Assembly: GCF_004010195.1 (NCBI RefSeq)
Contig: NC_057755.1
Coordinates: 11,793,252-11,857,251 of the forward strand
Length of the DNA stretch: 64,000 bases
Direction of reading: 5' to 3'
Source of the DNA: Chiloscyllium plagiosum
Taxonomy: Eukaryota
Shown: piece after piece, positions 38,540-49,902 of the stretch
How the letters are laid out: the number at the start of each line of letters is the position of its first letter
How positions within the stretch are numbered: the first letter of the stretch is position 1
Notes under the pieces: model-generated
Databases searched by the model: none
Seen by the model: the letters and a program-made list of their open reading frames with translations, nothing else
What the model was told of the DNA's origin: nothing
Translations under genes and position numbers: made by a program

Positions 38540-39949
38540 AATGTTTCTGTTTTCCTGATTTGCTTTATTTTAGTTTCATCTGTCTGCTTTGTATATTCTT
38601 CTAGGTTTTCATCAAAACATGGAAAATAGGAGCCGGAGGAGGCCATTTGCCCCTTCAAGCATGCTCCACCATTTAATATGACGATGGCTGATCATCCAAC
38701 TGAATACCCTGTCCCTGCTTTCTCCCCATATCCTTTGATTCCTTTAGCCCTAAGACGATATCTAACTCCTTCTTGAAAACATCCGGTGTTTTGCTTTCTG
38801 TGGCAGAGAATCCCACAGTCTTGCAAATCTGTGAAGAAATCTCTCCTCACCTTAGTCCTAAATGTCTGGTTCTGGACTTCTTGGATATCAGGAATGCATG
38901 CTGTCCTTATGTTTAACCTGTCTAGTTTTATTAGAATTTTATAAGTTTCTATGAGATCCTGCCTTATTCTTCTAACTGTCAGTGAATATAATCCAAACCA
39001 ATCCAGTGTCACTTCAAATGTCAGTTGCGCCATCCAAGGTATCAGTCTAGTAAACCTTTGTTGTACTCTCTTCATAGCCAGATATCTTTCTTCAGACCAA
39101 TACTTGTGGTCTGTACAATTGCAGAAAGACGTGCTCCTGTACTCAAATTCTTTAGCTATGAAGGCTGACATACCATTTGTTGCCTTCATTGCCTGTTGCA
39201 TGCTGACTTTAAGTGACTGGTATGCAAAATAGACAGGGCTCATTACAGCTTACCCTTTCCCAGTCTATCACCTTTCAAATAATCTGCATTCCTGTTTTTT
39301 TTTCTCAATTGGATAATCATAATACTTAATTTGCAATGCATTTGCCCACTCACCCAACGTGTCCAAATCTCACTGAGGCATAGAATCACAGAATTCTACA
39401 ATATAGAAGGAGATCTCCATGTCTGTATTGGCTCCCAAAAGAGCTACCCAGCTGGTCCCACTTCCGGTCCTATCTCTGGGGGCTTCTAATTTCATCCCTT
39501 TCAAATATATATCCAGTTCTTTAGAAACCTCCTATGGAATCTACCCTCACCGCTCTTCTAGACACATTCCAAATCTTAACTTGAGTAAAGTTTCTCCTTA
39601 TCTCATTCCTGGCTTTCTCGCTGACAGTTTTGAAATTATGACTACTCGTTGCTGACATACCAACTAGTGGCAACAGATTATCCTTACTTACCCTATCAAA
39701 ATTATTCATGATTGTGAAACACCTCAGTAAGGTCACTCTTTCAGCTCCAAGGAAAACAAACTCAATCTCTTTAATCTTTCCTCGTATCTAAAATCCTTCA
39801 TTTCTGGTATCATTCTAGTACACCTCCTTTGAACCCTCTCCAAGGCTTTAATGTGTTTTCTTAAATAAAATGGCCCAAACTGAACACAATACTCCAAATA
39901 TGATCTGACCAATGATTTGTACAGGTATGGCATCACTTCCTTGTTTGTG

Positions 39950-40165
39950 TTTTTTATTCATTCACGAGATGAGGGCATCGCTGGCTAGGCAGCAATTATT
40001 GCCAATTCCTAATTGCCCAGAGGGCAGATAAGAGTCAACCACACTGCTGTGGATCTGGAGTCACATGTAGGGCAGACCAGATCAGGGTGGCAGTTTCCTT
40101 CCCTGAAGGACATTAGTGATCCAGATGGGTTTTTTCAACAATCAACAATAGATTCATGATCATCA
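39950..40165 (-). mobile_element. Second SINE family copy (5'-truncated)
   Basis: Homologous to 43965-44309. Confidence 0.72.
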
Positions 40166-41513
40166 TAAGAAATATGTGTGTGAACCCTTTTTCCCTCTGC
40201 TCTTGTACTCCCCTCAAAGTTGTGCCATTGAACCTGTATTGTGTCTCCCTGTTTCTTCTATCAAAATGCATTATCTCACATTTCTCTGCATTGAATTTTA
40301 TCTGCTGGGTGTCTGCTCATTTGGCCAATTTGTCAATGCTCCCCATTCTGACTTTTTCCACTTGGCCTGCTTCATTAACAGCATCTCTGCATCCTCCTCA
40401 CAGTTCACCCTCCCACTCAGCTTTGTGCCACCTGACAACTTGAAGATATTACATTCAGTTCCTTCATCTAAATCATTAATCTATATTGACAGTAGCTGGG
40501 GTCCAAGCACTGGTTCCTGTGATCCGCCAATAGTCACTGCCTGTCACTCAGGAAGAGGCCCAGTTATTTCTACTCTTTGTTTCCTGTCTGCTAACCAGTT
40601 CTCCATGTCAGTACGCTACCCTGAATTCCATGTTTTTTAATTTTACATGCTAACCTTATCAAAAACCTGAAAGCCTAAGTAAACCACATACACTGGCTGT
40701 CCCTTACCAACTCTACTAGTTACATCCTCACAAAATTCCAAAAGATTTGTCAAAATCATGATTTTCCTTTCTTAAATCGATGTCGATTCTGTCCAATCCT
40801 GTCACTGTTTTCCAGGTTCTCTGCTTATAAATCTTTTATAATGGACTCGAGGGTTTTCCCCTACCGATGCCAGGCTAACTGGTCTGTATTTCCTGATTTT
40901 ACTCAACCTTCTTTATTAGTGGGGTTTTGTTAGCTCCCCTGTGATCCAAAGGAACTGTTCCAGACTCTTAGAATCATGAAATATGAATATCAAAGCATCC
41001 ACTATTTCGAGGGACACTTTGAAAATTTCTACAGTATTAACTTTTTCATAACTGTTGCAGGCTTTCTTTTAACTTTTATCCTTCTAGATAACCTGAGAGC
41101 TCTAAATTAGGCAGCACTACCCTTTTTCTTTATGGAGACATATCCACATTGTGCTTTGCATTGCCTTCCACTGAGTCATTCTGTTTCATTTTTCAAAAAC
41201 CTCTTCTGGTCGGTTTCAGAGAACCTCCCACTTGGAGCAATAAACTGATCCAAAGCAATGAAGTTGCTGCGTTAATTTGGTGAATCACTGGGTGTAAAAC
41301 AAGACAAATCCCAGCCCTTTATCTTAGTCAAGAAACTATTCAGCAGTTTGATCTGACCAATCTCTTTAGGGTATGTGGCGCCATTCCAAAGCCCCTTGCG
41401 CCTGTTGGTGATATGCTGAAGACTTTAGCTGTCTCATGTAGAGAGTCCATATTGTGTGAGGAATTGAGTTATCCATTCAACCATTAACTGATTCAGATTG
41501 TTCTGGGGGAAAT

Positions 41514-42075
41514 AGAGTCATAGAGATGTACAGCACGGAAACAGACCTCTCAGTTCAACTTGTCCATGCTGACCAGATATCCTAAATTAATCTAGTCCCC
41601 TTTGTCAGCAGTTGGCCCATATCCCTCTAAACACATCCCATTCATATCCAGATGGATTTTAAAAATGTTGTAATTGTACCAGCCTCCTCCACTTCTTCTG
41701 GCAGCTCATTTCAAACGCACACCACCCTCTGCATGAAAACGTTGCCCTTCGGTCCCTTACAAATTTTTCCCCTCTCATCCTAAACCTACACCTTCTAGTT
41801 CTGGACTCCCCCACTCCAGGGAAAAGACCTTGTCTACGTAACTTATCCATGTCCATCATGATTTTATAAACCTCTATTTGATCATCCCTCAGCCTCCAAC
41901 ACTTCAGGGAAAACAGCCCCAGCCTATTCAGCCTCTCCCTGTAGCTCAAACCCTCCAACCCTGGCAACATGCTTGTAAATTTTTTTCTGAACCCTTTCAA
42001 GTTTCACAACATCCTTCCTATAGAAGGGAGACCAGAATTGCGCACACTATTCCAAAAGTAGCCGAACCAGTGTCA
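41514..42075 (-). mobile_element. CR1 LINE 3' end
   Basis: KKFTSMLPGLEGLSYRERLNRLGLFSL followed by the 3' UTR. Confidence 0.85.
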
Positions 42076-43419
42076 TCTCGGAATATATGGGTAGAAGATA
42101 CTGATGAGCCCTTTTTATCTCGGTAGGAGTCCAATACAATACTCCGCTGATCAGTTCCCCAAAAGCTGGTATTGGAATTACTGGAGTAGGTTTTCTTGTA
42201 GGTTGATATTTCCTCACAGGCTGCCACTGCTTTTATATTCTATCATAATCTTTTGGAGATGGACTCCCAAGCCATTCAAGCTTAGCAGACTGGACCTTTT
42301 GGGTACCAACAAGGTCAGCCATTGGAAATCTCAATGTTTGTCTCTGATACCTAAGAGGGTCAACTTTTCTGTTCAGGTCAATGAGGTCTACACCTGCTCA
42401 TCAGGATATCATTCTTGAAATAGCACTCCAGAATTCCCTCTACTTTGGCTTCAATCTGCTAGTCTGTGCTAAAGTTTTTAACATTTGAGTTGATTTGTTG
42501 AACCTTGAACAGGGAAGACCTGTTGGTACTTCCTTTGGCTCATCTGAATTTCTAAAGAAAATTTTCAACAGCCAGATTATATCATCCCACAATCGGGGAA
42601 AATCCCAGAAACCTACTACTTTCATTTTTGTCTCCCTTTCCTCCGTTGGGGAGGCCAATAGGGTAGCTATGATCCTGTATCCTACCTGGAGGATGTCAGT
42701 ATCCTTCATAGGTAAATAGGGACAGTCCTGAAACAAAGTCACACTCCAGGTGTGCTCAATGTAAAGGTACAATTTCTCCTTCTATGCAATGCATTTCACT
42801 CTGATGTCTATTTCCCATCTGATAGCTGACTATCAGATGGGAAAATCCTCTTTCCCAGCCAGACAGATCCAGTGACTCCCATATCTTTCAATTGGGCAAT
42901 GGTATATGGTACCATTTGAGGGCTGTGGGGACACTTCCCTTTTAAAAAAGAAACTCAGGAATTCTGTTATTGTATCACATGCACCTACACATTTACAGGG
43001 GTTAATTTCCATGGTCAGAGCTACAATCTTATCTGCTATACTTTCCCATCAGAGTCCCTTATCCTGCACTGATCTGGTAAGCCCCAATGAAACCTGTAAA
43101 TTTATGCTTTAATGGGCTTTTGTAGAAAGCTACAGGTGAGCTGTTTTGAAGCAATGTAAATTTACAGGCTTTGCTGTTTTGAGCACTTGCTTTCCTCACC
43201 CTGTGCATCCAGTTTTACTTTGAGATGTATATTTATATGCATTTTATATTTGTTTCAGAGTTTGGATTGGAGCTAATAGCATGTTTTGGTCTGTGAGATT
43301 GATGGAATTTAATAATTAAACTTTAAAGTATTTTGTCACAATCTATAGATGAAATTCTTCAAAAAAAATATTGAGAGAATTCCTGGTGCGTCATGAGATT
43401 TTGTCTTATTTTTACAAAC

Positions 43420-45500
43420 AAACAATCAAACCTGCAGAATACCTCCAGTCCAAAAAACAACCCTCCACCACGCTCTGTCATCAAGTCAATTTTGTATGGA
43501 ATTGGCAAGCTCTCCCTGAATCCGATGTGATCTCACTTTACTAATTGGTCTATCATGTGGAAACTTGTCAAAGGCTTTACATAAATCGATGTTGACAATG
43601 TCTACTGCTCTGCCCTCATCAATCTTCAAAAGCCCCTGTCAAGTTTGAGACGCAATTTCCCATGCACAACTGCTGACTACCTCTAGTCAATCCTTGCCTC
43701 TCCAAATGCATGTTATTCCTATCTTTCAGAATCCCTTCAACAACTTACCCCCCATTGACGTCAGACTCCTAGGTCTGTAGTTGCCAGGCTTCTCCTTACA
43801 ACCTTTTTAAAATAAAGGCACACTGTAGCTAACCTCCAGTACTCTGGCACCTCACCCACGGCTGTAGATGATACAAATGCCTCTGCCAAGGGCCTCGCAA
43901 TTTCTTCCTTCACTTTCTACACCTTTACACTTGATCAGGTTCGCATAATTTATCCACTTAGTGTTTTTTTTTAATTCATTCACGGAATGAAGGCGTCGCT
44001 GGCTAGGCCACATTTACTGCCCATTCCTAATTGCCCAGAGGGCAGTTGAGAGTCAACCACATTGCTGTGCTTCTGGAGTTACCTATAGGCTAGACCAGGT
44101 AAAGATGGCAGTTTCCTTCCCTAAAGGACATTAGTGATGGGTTTTTCCAACAACTGACAATAGTTTCATGGTCATGATTAGATTCTTAATTGCAGATTTT
44201 TTAATTGAATTCAAATTCCACAATCTGCCTTCAAGCCCAGGTCCCCAGAACAGTATCTGGGTCTCTGAATTAACAGTCCAGTGATAAACCACTAGACCAT
44301 CGCCTCCCCAATGTTTTATAAAACCTCCAACACTACTACTACTGTATCTAACCTTCAGAACATTGAGCTGCTAGTCCTGACCCTTGCTCAGCAATGTTTC
44401 TATATTAGCTATGATTACCCAGTCCCATGTTCCCATACGTGCCCTGAGTTAATCTATCTTATCTGTAAGACTCTTTGCATTGAAATAAATGTAGTTTAAC
44501 TTGTCAGAGTTACTGCATTCTCTGACTTGTTCTTGCCTGCCTTTTCTTATGAACTTGTTTTTTAAATTCAGAACCATCCTCATCTGTCTTTCTATTCTCA
44601 CTACTACTTAGAATGTTGCCATCCCACCCCATCCTACTAATTTAAAAGCTGCTGAATAGCACTAGCAAATCTCCCCTCCAGGAATATTGGCCCCCTTCCA
44701 GTCATTTTGAACTGGACTTTTCTGCCCCAGAAGAGATCCCAGTGATCCAAAATTCTGAATCCTTGCCCACTTCACCATCTCCTCAGCTATTGCCCTATCT
44801 TCTTCTTCCTATTCTGACCACTACATAGCACATGGGGTAATCCAGAGATTAGTACCTTTTTAGATTCTGCTTTTCAACCTTTCACCTAACTTCCTATATT
44901 CCGTCTACAAGGCCTCAACCCTTTCCCTAATTATGTTGTTCATGCCAGTGTGTACTTCCAGCTTCCCATCTCCCCATTGACAATATGCTGCAAACGTTTT
45001 CAGACAACTTTGACCCTGGCACTAGGGAGGCAGCAGATCCTGAATTCATGCTTACGGCCGCAAAATCTCCTGGCTGTATCCCTGACGGGAGAGTCCCCTC
45101 TTACTCTTTTGAATCTTGACAAACCAAACATAAGGTTCATTCTTGGTGCCCAAGATCTGGCTGTCTCTTCTATTTTCCTCTGAGAGACTATCCCCTTCAA
45201 CAGTACCCATAATAGTATATCTGTTTGAGAGAGGAATAGCCACAGGAGATTCCTGAACTTCCTACCTTGCCTGACAGTTACCCATCTATCTGACTGAACC
45301 TGCAATGTAACACCTCTCTAAATCTACTAACCACCACACTGTGTGTCTGTTATATGCTCCTTAACTGACTGACTGCCTCTCCAGCAATTCCAAAATGTCT
45401 GAAATAGATGGTGCCTGTAGACATTGTCATTATGCACAGTCAACTGTTCCCTAAACTCCCATATTAGACAGGAGGAACATACTATTCCATTGACTGCCAT
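43420..45500 (-). mobile_element. Decayed CR1 (RT remnant and ORF1 esterase-like remnant) with SINE insertion
   Basis: ORF1-like RVRGDSPVRDTARRFCGRKHEFRICCLPSARVKVV (45000-45305) and RT remnants at 43430-43960. Confidence 0.75.
43965..44309 (-). mobile_element. Second SINE family, full-length copy
   Basis: Minus strand starts GGGGAGGCGATGGTCTAGTGG (tRNA-like A box), passes through ctaatgtcctttagggaaggaaactgcc, and ends ...gtgaatgaattaaaaaaa. Confidence 0.75.
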
Positions 45501-46639
45501 TATTGCAGTTTTAAAATGTGCTTGTTGATTTGTCTAAAAATACCCATACTTTTCTTAAATCCGGTGTTTATTCTTTCTGGCTGCTGGTTAAGTATTTTGG
45601 GGTGAATTGTAGAGCTGGTGAACTATTCAGTTACTTTGTAGGGTTGGATGTGGTTGCTCTTGCAGTGCTAAGCACTGCTTTAATACCCTAAATCTACTAA
45701 AAAGAAATTGGTTTCAAACATAGTGAAATCAGCATGATGGCTACCTTGGATGGGAGGATAAATGGGGATAGAGAGACAGTCTAGATTTGTATTACAAAGA
45801 GAGCTATGAACTGTATGGGTTGAAATGGCCTCTGAGGCATAATGATCATTGAAAATGGAGAAAAATACTTGCTAGTTGGCATGGCAAAGCTACCACTTGA
45901 GATGGAAAATGATTTGCAGCAGTAAGGGAGACACTAGAATAAATTAAGCTGTCGGAAGAGGGAAGAGAGCAGTAGCACTCAGCCCATGAACGGGTCTATA
46001 TAGAGTCTTCAGGGACCACCTTTCCCCTGTCAACTTTAGTGAGATGTACGAGGTGCCTATGTTTCACTAAGAAGGTTTACATTGAAATCTCAATTTCTAC
46101 AGCCACAGATGAAAAAAGATTGCAGTGTAAAGGTGACTTGCTTTAAATCTTCCAAAAGAAGTAGGAGCGGAGGAAACTATACAAACCTCAGATCTACCTT
46201 GCTTTTTATTAAGATCATAGTTAACTTTCAATTTCAGTCGACTTTCCTGCCCAATCCCATACAGTTGATTCAATTAGATTCCAAGAATTTGTTTATCTCA
46301 GCCTTGAATATGCTAAATTAGTGGTTTAAAACAATTCCAAACTTCACATCTTTTGAGTGAAATAAAGTATTCTCTGCTGAATTGAATGACTGATTCCTTA
46401 TCCTGAGGGTATACTGCCTAGTTTTAGACTGTACAGCCTGAGGAACAGTCTCTCAGTACCTTACTTCGAAGAGATCACTTCTCAGCCTTCTGAACTCTGC
46501 AAGGCACAGACCAGGTCCACTTGATCCCTCTTGTGGGATGACCCTTTCAACCCAAACTTCTATGCGACTAATGAATTTTAGGCTTCAACATGAGAATGCT
46601 GGTAACATCTCTCAATTTGTAGCTCATAGATGAGTTAGC

Positions 46640-46959
46640 GGAGTGGCACGGTGACACAGTGGTTAGCACTGCTGCCTCACATCACCAGGGACCCAGGTTT
46701 GATTCCAGCCTCAGGCAACTGTCTGTGTGGGTTTCACGTGATCCACGTGCTCCGGTTTCCTCCCACAATCCAAAGATGGTAACTGGTACATAAACTGCCC
46801 ATGCTAAATTGCCCATAGTGTTCAGGATTGTGTAGGTTAGTGCATTAGTCAGGGGTAAATATAGGATAGGGAATAGGTTTGGGTGAAATACTCTTCAGAG
46901 GGTCAGTGTGGATTTGTTGGACCAAAGGGCCTGCTTCCTCTCTAGGAATTCTAATTCTT
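46640..46959 (+). mobile_element. HE1-like V-SINE (partly deleted)
   Basis: A and B boxes plus the family 3' tail. Confidence 0.8.
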
Positions 46960-48084
46960 AGGGAGGTCACTGAGGCATTGTGCCAAGACAAATATCTCTA
47001 ACTATAGAGTAGAATGTGATTGCACTCCTTTTGCCTTCTATGCTTTGTTTGATTCCACCATTTTCATTAACAGAATAGGATTCCACTCCATTAGTTTACA
47101 GTTGGTTTTGGCAACTGTCATAATGTCTTTATTCTGTTGGAAAATCAGGCTTATTTCTTTCTGATGTGGATTATGACTTTGGTCAGAAACTTGCATATAT
47201 CAGCATACCAGAAATGCAGTGCAAGTCCTGTTGACGTTTAAAAAAAATGAAAAAGCACACAATTGGTATTTATATTGTTACAAATGACATTTATATTGTT
47301 AGAACTACTGAGCGAGTAGCTAGAGTAGCCATATTTGATTTGTCCAGTATATGATTTATACATCATTCCATTTTAAGTGTGCAGACCTTATCACACTTAA
47401 TGAAAAGGAGAAAGAAAGATGGCAACTTTGGAGGCTGTACTTTCTATTGCTATACAAAGCCAACTTTATCAGGGGTGCTTTCATGTAACTTAGATACACC
47501 TCACTGTACATAATATTCTTCAAATGTTTCTAGGTTTCTTTTTCAGTATCTATAGCTGGGTCTTCTCAAAATTTGTTCTGTCTTTCATTTGACTCCAGAC
47601 ATGCAAAACATTAAATTATTAACTTCATAACAAGCAAATCACTTGTGTGTTCCTCCAGTGCCTCTTGTTTTATTTCCCTATCTTGGAGCTTCAGCAAGGT
47701 GCTCCCAACTGGCTGAAGTCTGCTGAACTCTAATTGAGGGATCTTCAAATATTCCTCAAGGATAACATAGAATGTGCATCCACAGATGATATCATTTGAC
47801 TCCAGCCATATGAGCTTTCTAGATAGGAGGTAAACGAAGGTACTGGTGGGGCAGCAGACAAAAGACATTAAGTTTTTCCAAAATGCTGGTACTACTTAAC
47901 TGGGGCACTACAGTAATAATCCTGTTGATTTTATAAAGAACAGATGCCTCAAGTCCCTTCTCAGTTATGTCATTAAACAATAATGGCTTCCATTGCAATA
48001 ATTTATTATAGTGAAAGCTGTAAGATATGTTGCAAATATTCCAGTACTACAGCTGTATTGACCATGGATTCCAATCTCCTTAAG

Positions 48085-48572
48085 TTAATGATTCAGACCT
48101 AAATGAAGGAGGCATATTCAAGATGTTCACAGATGACATGAAAGTTGATGGGTTTGCAAAGGATAAACAGCAGGTGGAAATCAGCGGACTTGTCAGGTGT
48201 GTCAGAACAGTAGCAAATGGAATTCAACCAGGAAAATTGAGTGGTATATGAGGTATCAGTTAGGCCCAAGAGTGAAGTACTGCTTGCAGTTCTGGTTACC
48301 ACATTATGGAAGGATGTGATTGCACTAGAGGTTGTGCAGAGGATGTTTAACAGAATGCTGACTCGGCTGGAAGGTCTGAGCTAAGAAGAAAGATTGGACA
48401 TGCTGACATTGTTTTCTTTGGACCAGTAAAGGTTGGGAGGTGACATAAAAGATTGTATGAGGTTGAGGGGCATAGATAAGTTGGTTAGCAAGACTTTTTT
48501 TTCCATTAGTAGAGAGGTCAATAACAAGGAGGCATAGATTTAAGATGAGGTAGAAAGCGAAGAGGGGAAATG
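48085..48572 (+). mobile_element. CR1 3' fragment
   Basis: gtactgcttgcagttctggttaccacattatggaaggatgtgattgcactagag, a remnant of YCVQFWSPHYRKDVIALE. Confidence 0.7.
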
Positions 48573-48877
48573 AGGTCACGGTGGCTGTCTGGTTAGCACT
48601 GCTGTCTCACGGCATCAGGGACCCATGTTCAATTCCACCCTGGAGCAACTGTCTGTGTGGAGTTTGCACATTCTCCCAGTGTCTGCGTGGGTTTCCACCA
48701 GGTGCACCGGTTTCCTCCCACAGTCCAGTGAACTGGCCATGCTAAATTGCCCGTAGTGTTAGGTACATTAGTCAGAGGGAAATGGATTTGGGTGGGTTAC
48801 TCTTCAGAGGGTCTGTGTGGGCTTGTTGGGCCAAAGGGCATGTTTCCACACTGTAGGGAATCTAATCTAATCTAATC
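48573..48877 (+). mobile_element. HE1-like V-SINE
   Basis: V-domain and (AATCT)n tail. Confidence 0.85.
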
Positions 48878-49127
48878 TTTCGTTTCCATCCACAGGATGA
48901 AGATCTAGACCCCTCCAAAAGGGCCTCTTGGTTCAAGATCAGTCAAAAGAATCAATAGGAGTACAGTCTGTTTAAAGCAAGGTTACCAGTTTAATAAATA
49001 AAGGCAGCCTAGCGCGGATTTGTCCAGCAACACAGAGGTTAAAAGTTTCTGTGTTTCATGGAGAAATGGCACAATTACATTAGAAAATTACACATTATTT
49101 ATATGCTTTTTAAGAGATAGGGACAAC

Positions 49128-49303
49128 CTTAATTACAAGAAAAGATGAATCACACATAACAAGGTGACATGATTTACAGCAGGTTAATCCAATAATGTTC
49201 CCCGGGAAAAGGTTTCTTAATTACAAGAAAAGTCCAATCAGCTGTAATATGGTGACGTGATTGACAACAGGCTAATCCAATGGTATTTCTTGGAAAATAA
49301 ATC
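49128..49303. repeat. Diverged 88-bp tandem duplication (possible LTR U3 enhancer repeat)
   Basis: cttaattacaagaaaag...ggtgac(a/g)tgatt(t/g)aca(g/a)cagg(t/c)taatccaat starts at both 49128 and 49216. Confidence 0.7.
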
Positions 49304-49902
49304 TTATTTATGTAAATTATTTAAATATCTTTTTAGATCCTCATCCAAAGATGTACAAGCTAGGTAGATTTGCCATGCTGAATTGCTAATGGTTAGGTAT
49401 ATTATCAATGAAAAAATGCAGGGTTACAGGAAAAGGCTGGAGAGGTGAGTCTGGCTGGGATGCTGTTAGAGGCTTACTGTGGACTCAATGGGCCAAATAG
49501 GCTGTTTCCACACTGTAGGGATTCTATGATTTTAAGTCGACTTTGAGTTTTTAGTTTCAACCTATGAAATTCAAAAACACTCTCTTTTTCCCTTACTTCT
49601 CTTTCTCCCTTTCTTCTCTCTTTCCCTTTCTTCTGTTAGAGCCTTTCTTTCCTTTCTGTTCTTTTCCACTGCCTTTTAATCATAATTCAAACTGTCATTT
49701 TCTTTTCTTGTTCAAGCTGCTTCATTTCCAAAGATTTCGATGGTATTCCTGGCATAAATACTGCACAACACAGGCAACCCTAATTCCAGCTTGTTTGTTA
49801 ATTCCAAAAGCTTTGCCTTGCCCACTTTCTGTAAAACTCTTGAACTTCGTCCACTGCCAGGAAATTCTTAGTGACTGAAAGAACCAATACTACAGAAGGC
49901 AC

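Larger units (their letters stand above)
37600..41020 (-). mobile_element. Cluster of nested decayed CR1 fragments
   Basis: Several minus-strand RT C-terminal remnants (38692-39243, 39733-39936, 40200-41000). Confidence 0.75.

Noticed and set aside
42075..43110. Possible Gypsy/LTR internal remnant or novel coding gene from overlapping 70-110 aa ORFs
   Set aside because: No convincing RT, integrase or host-protein motif and no splice-consistent exon chain could be established by eye.
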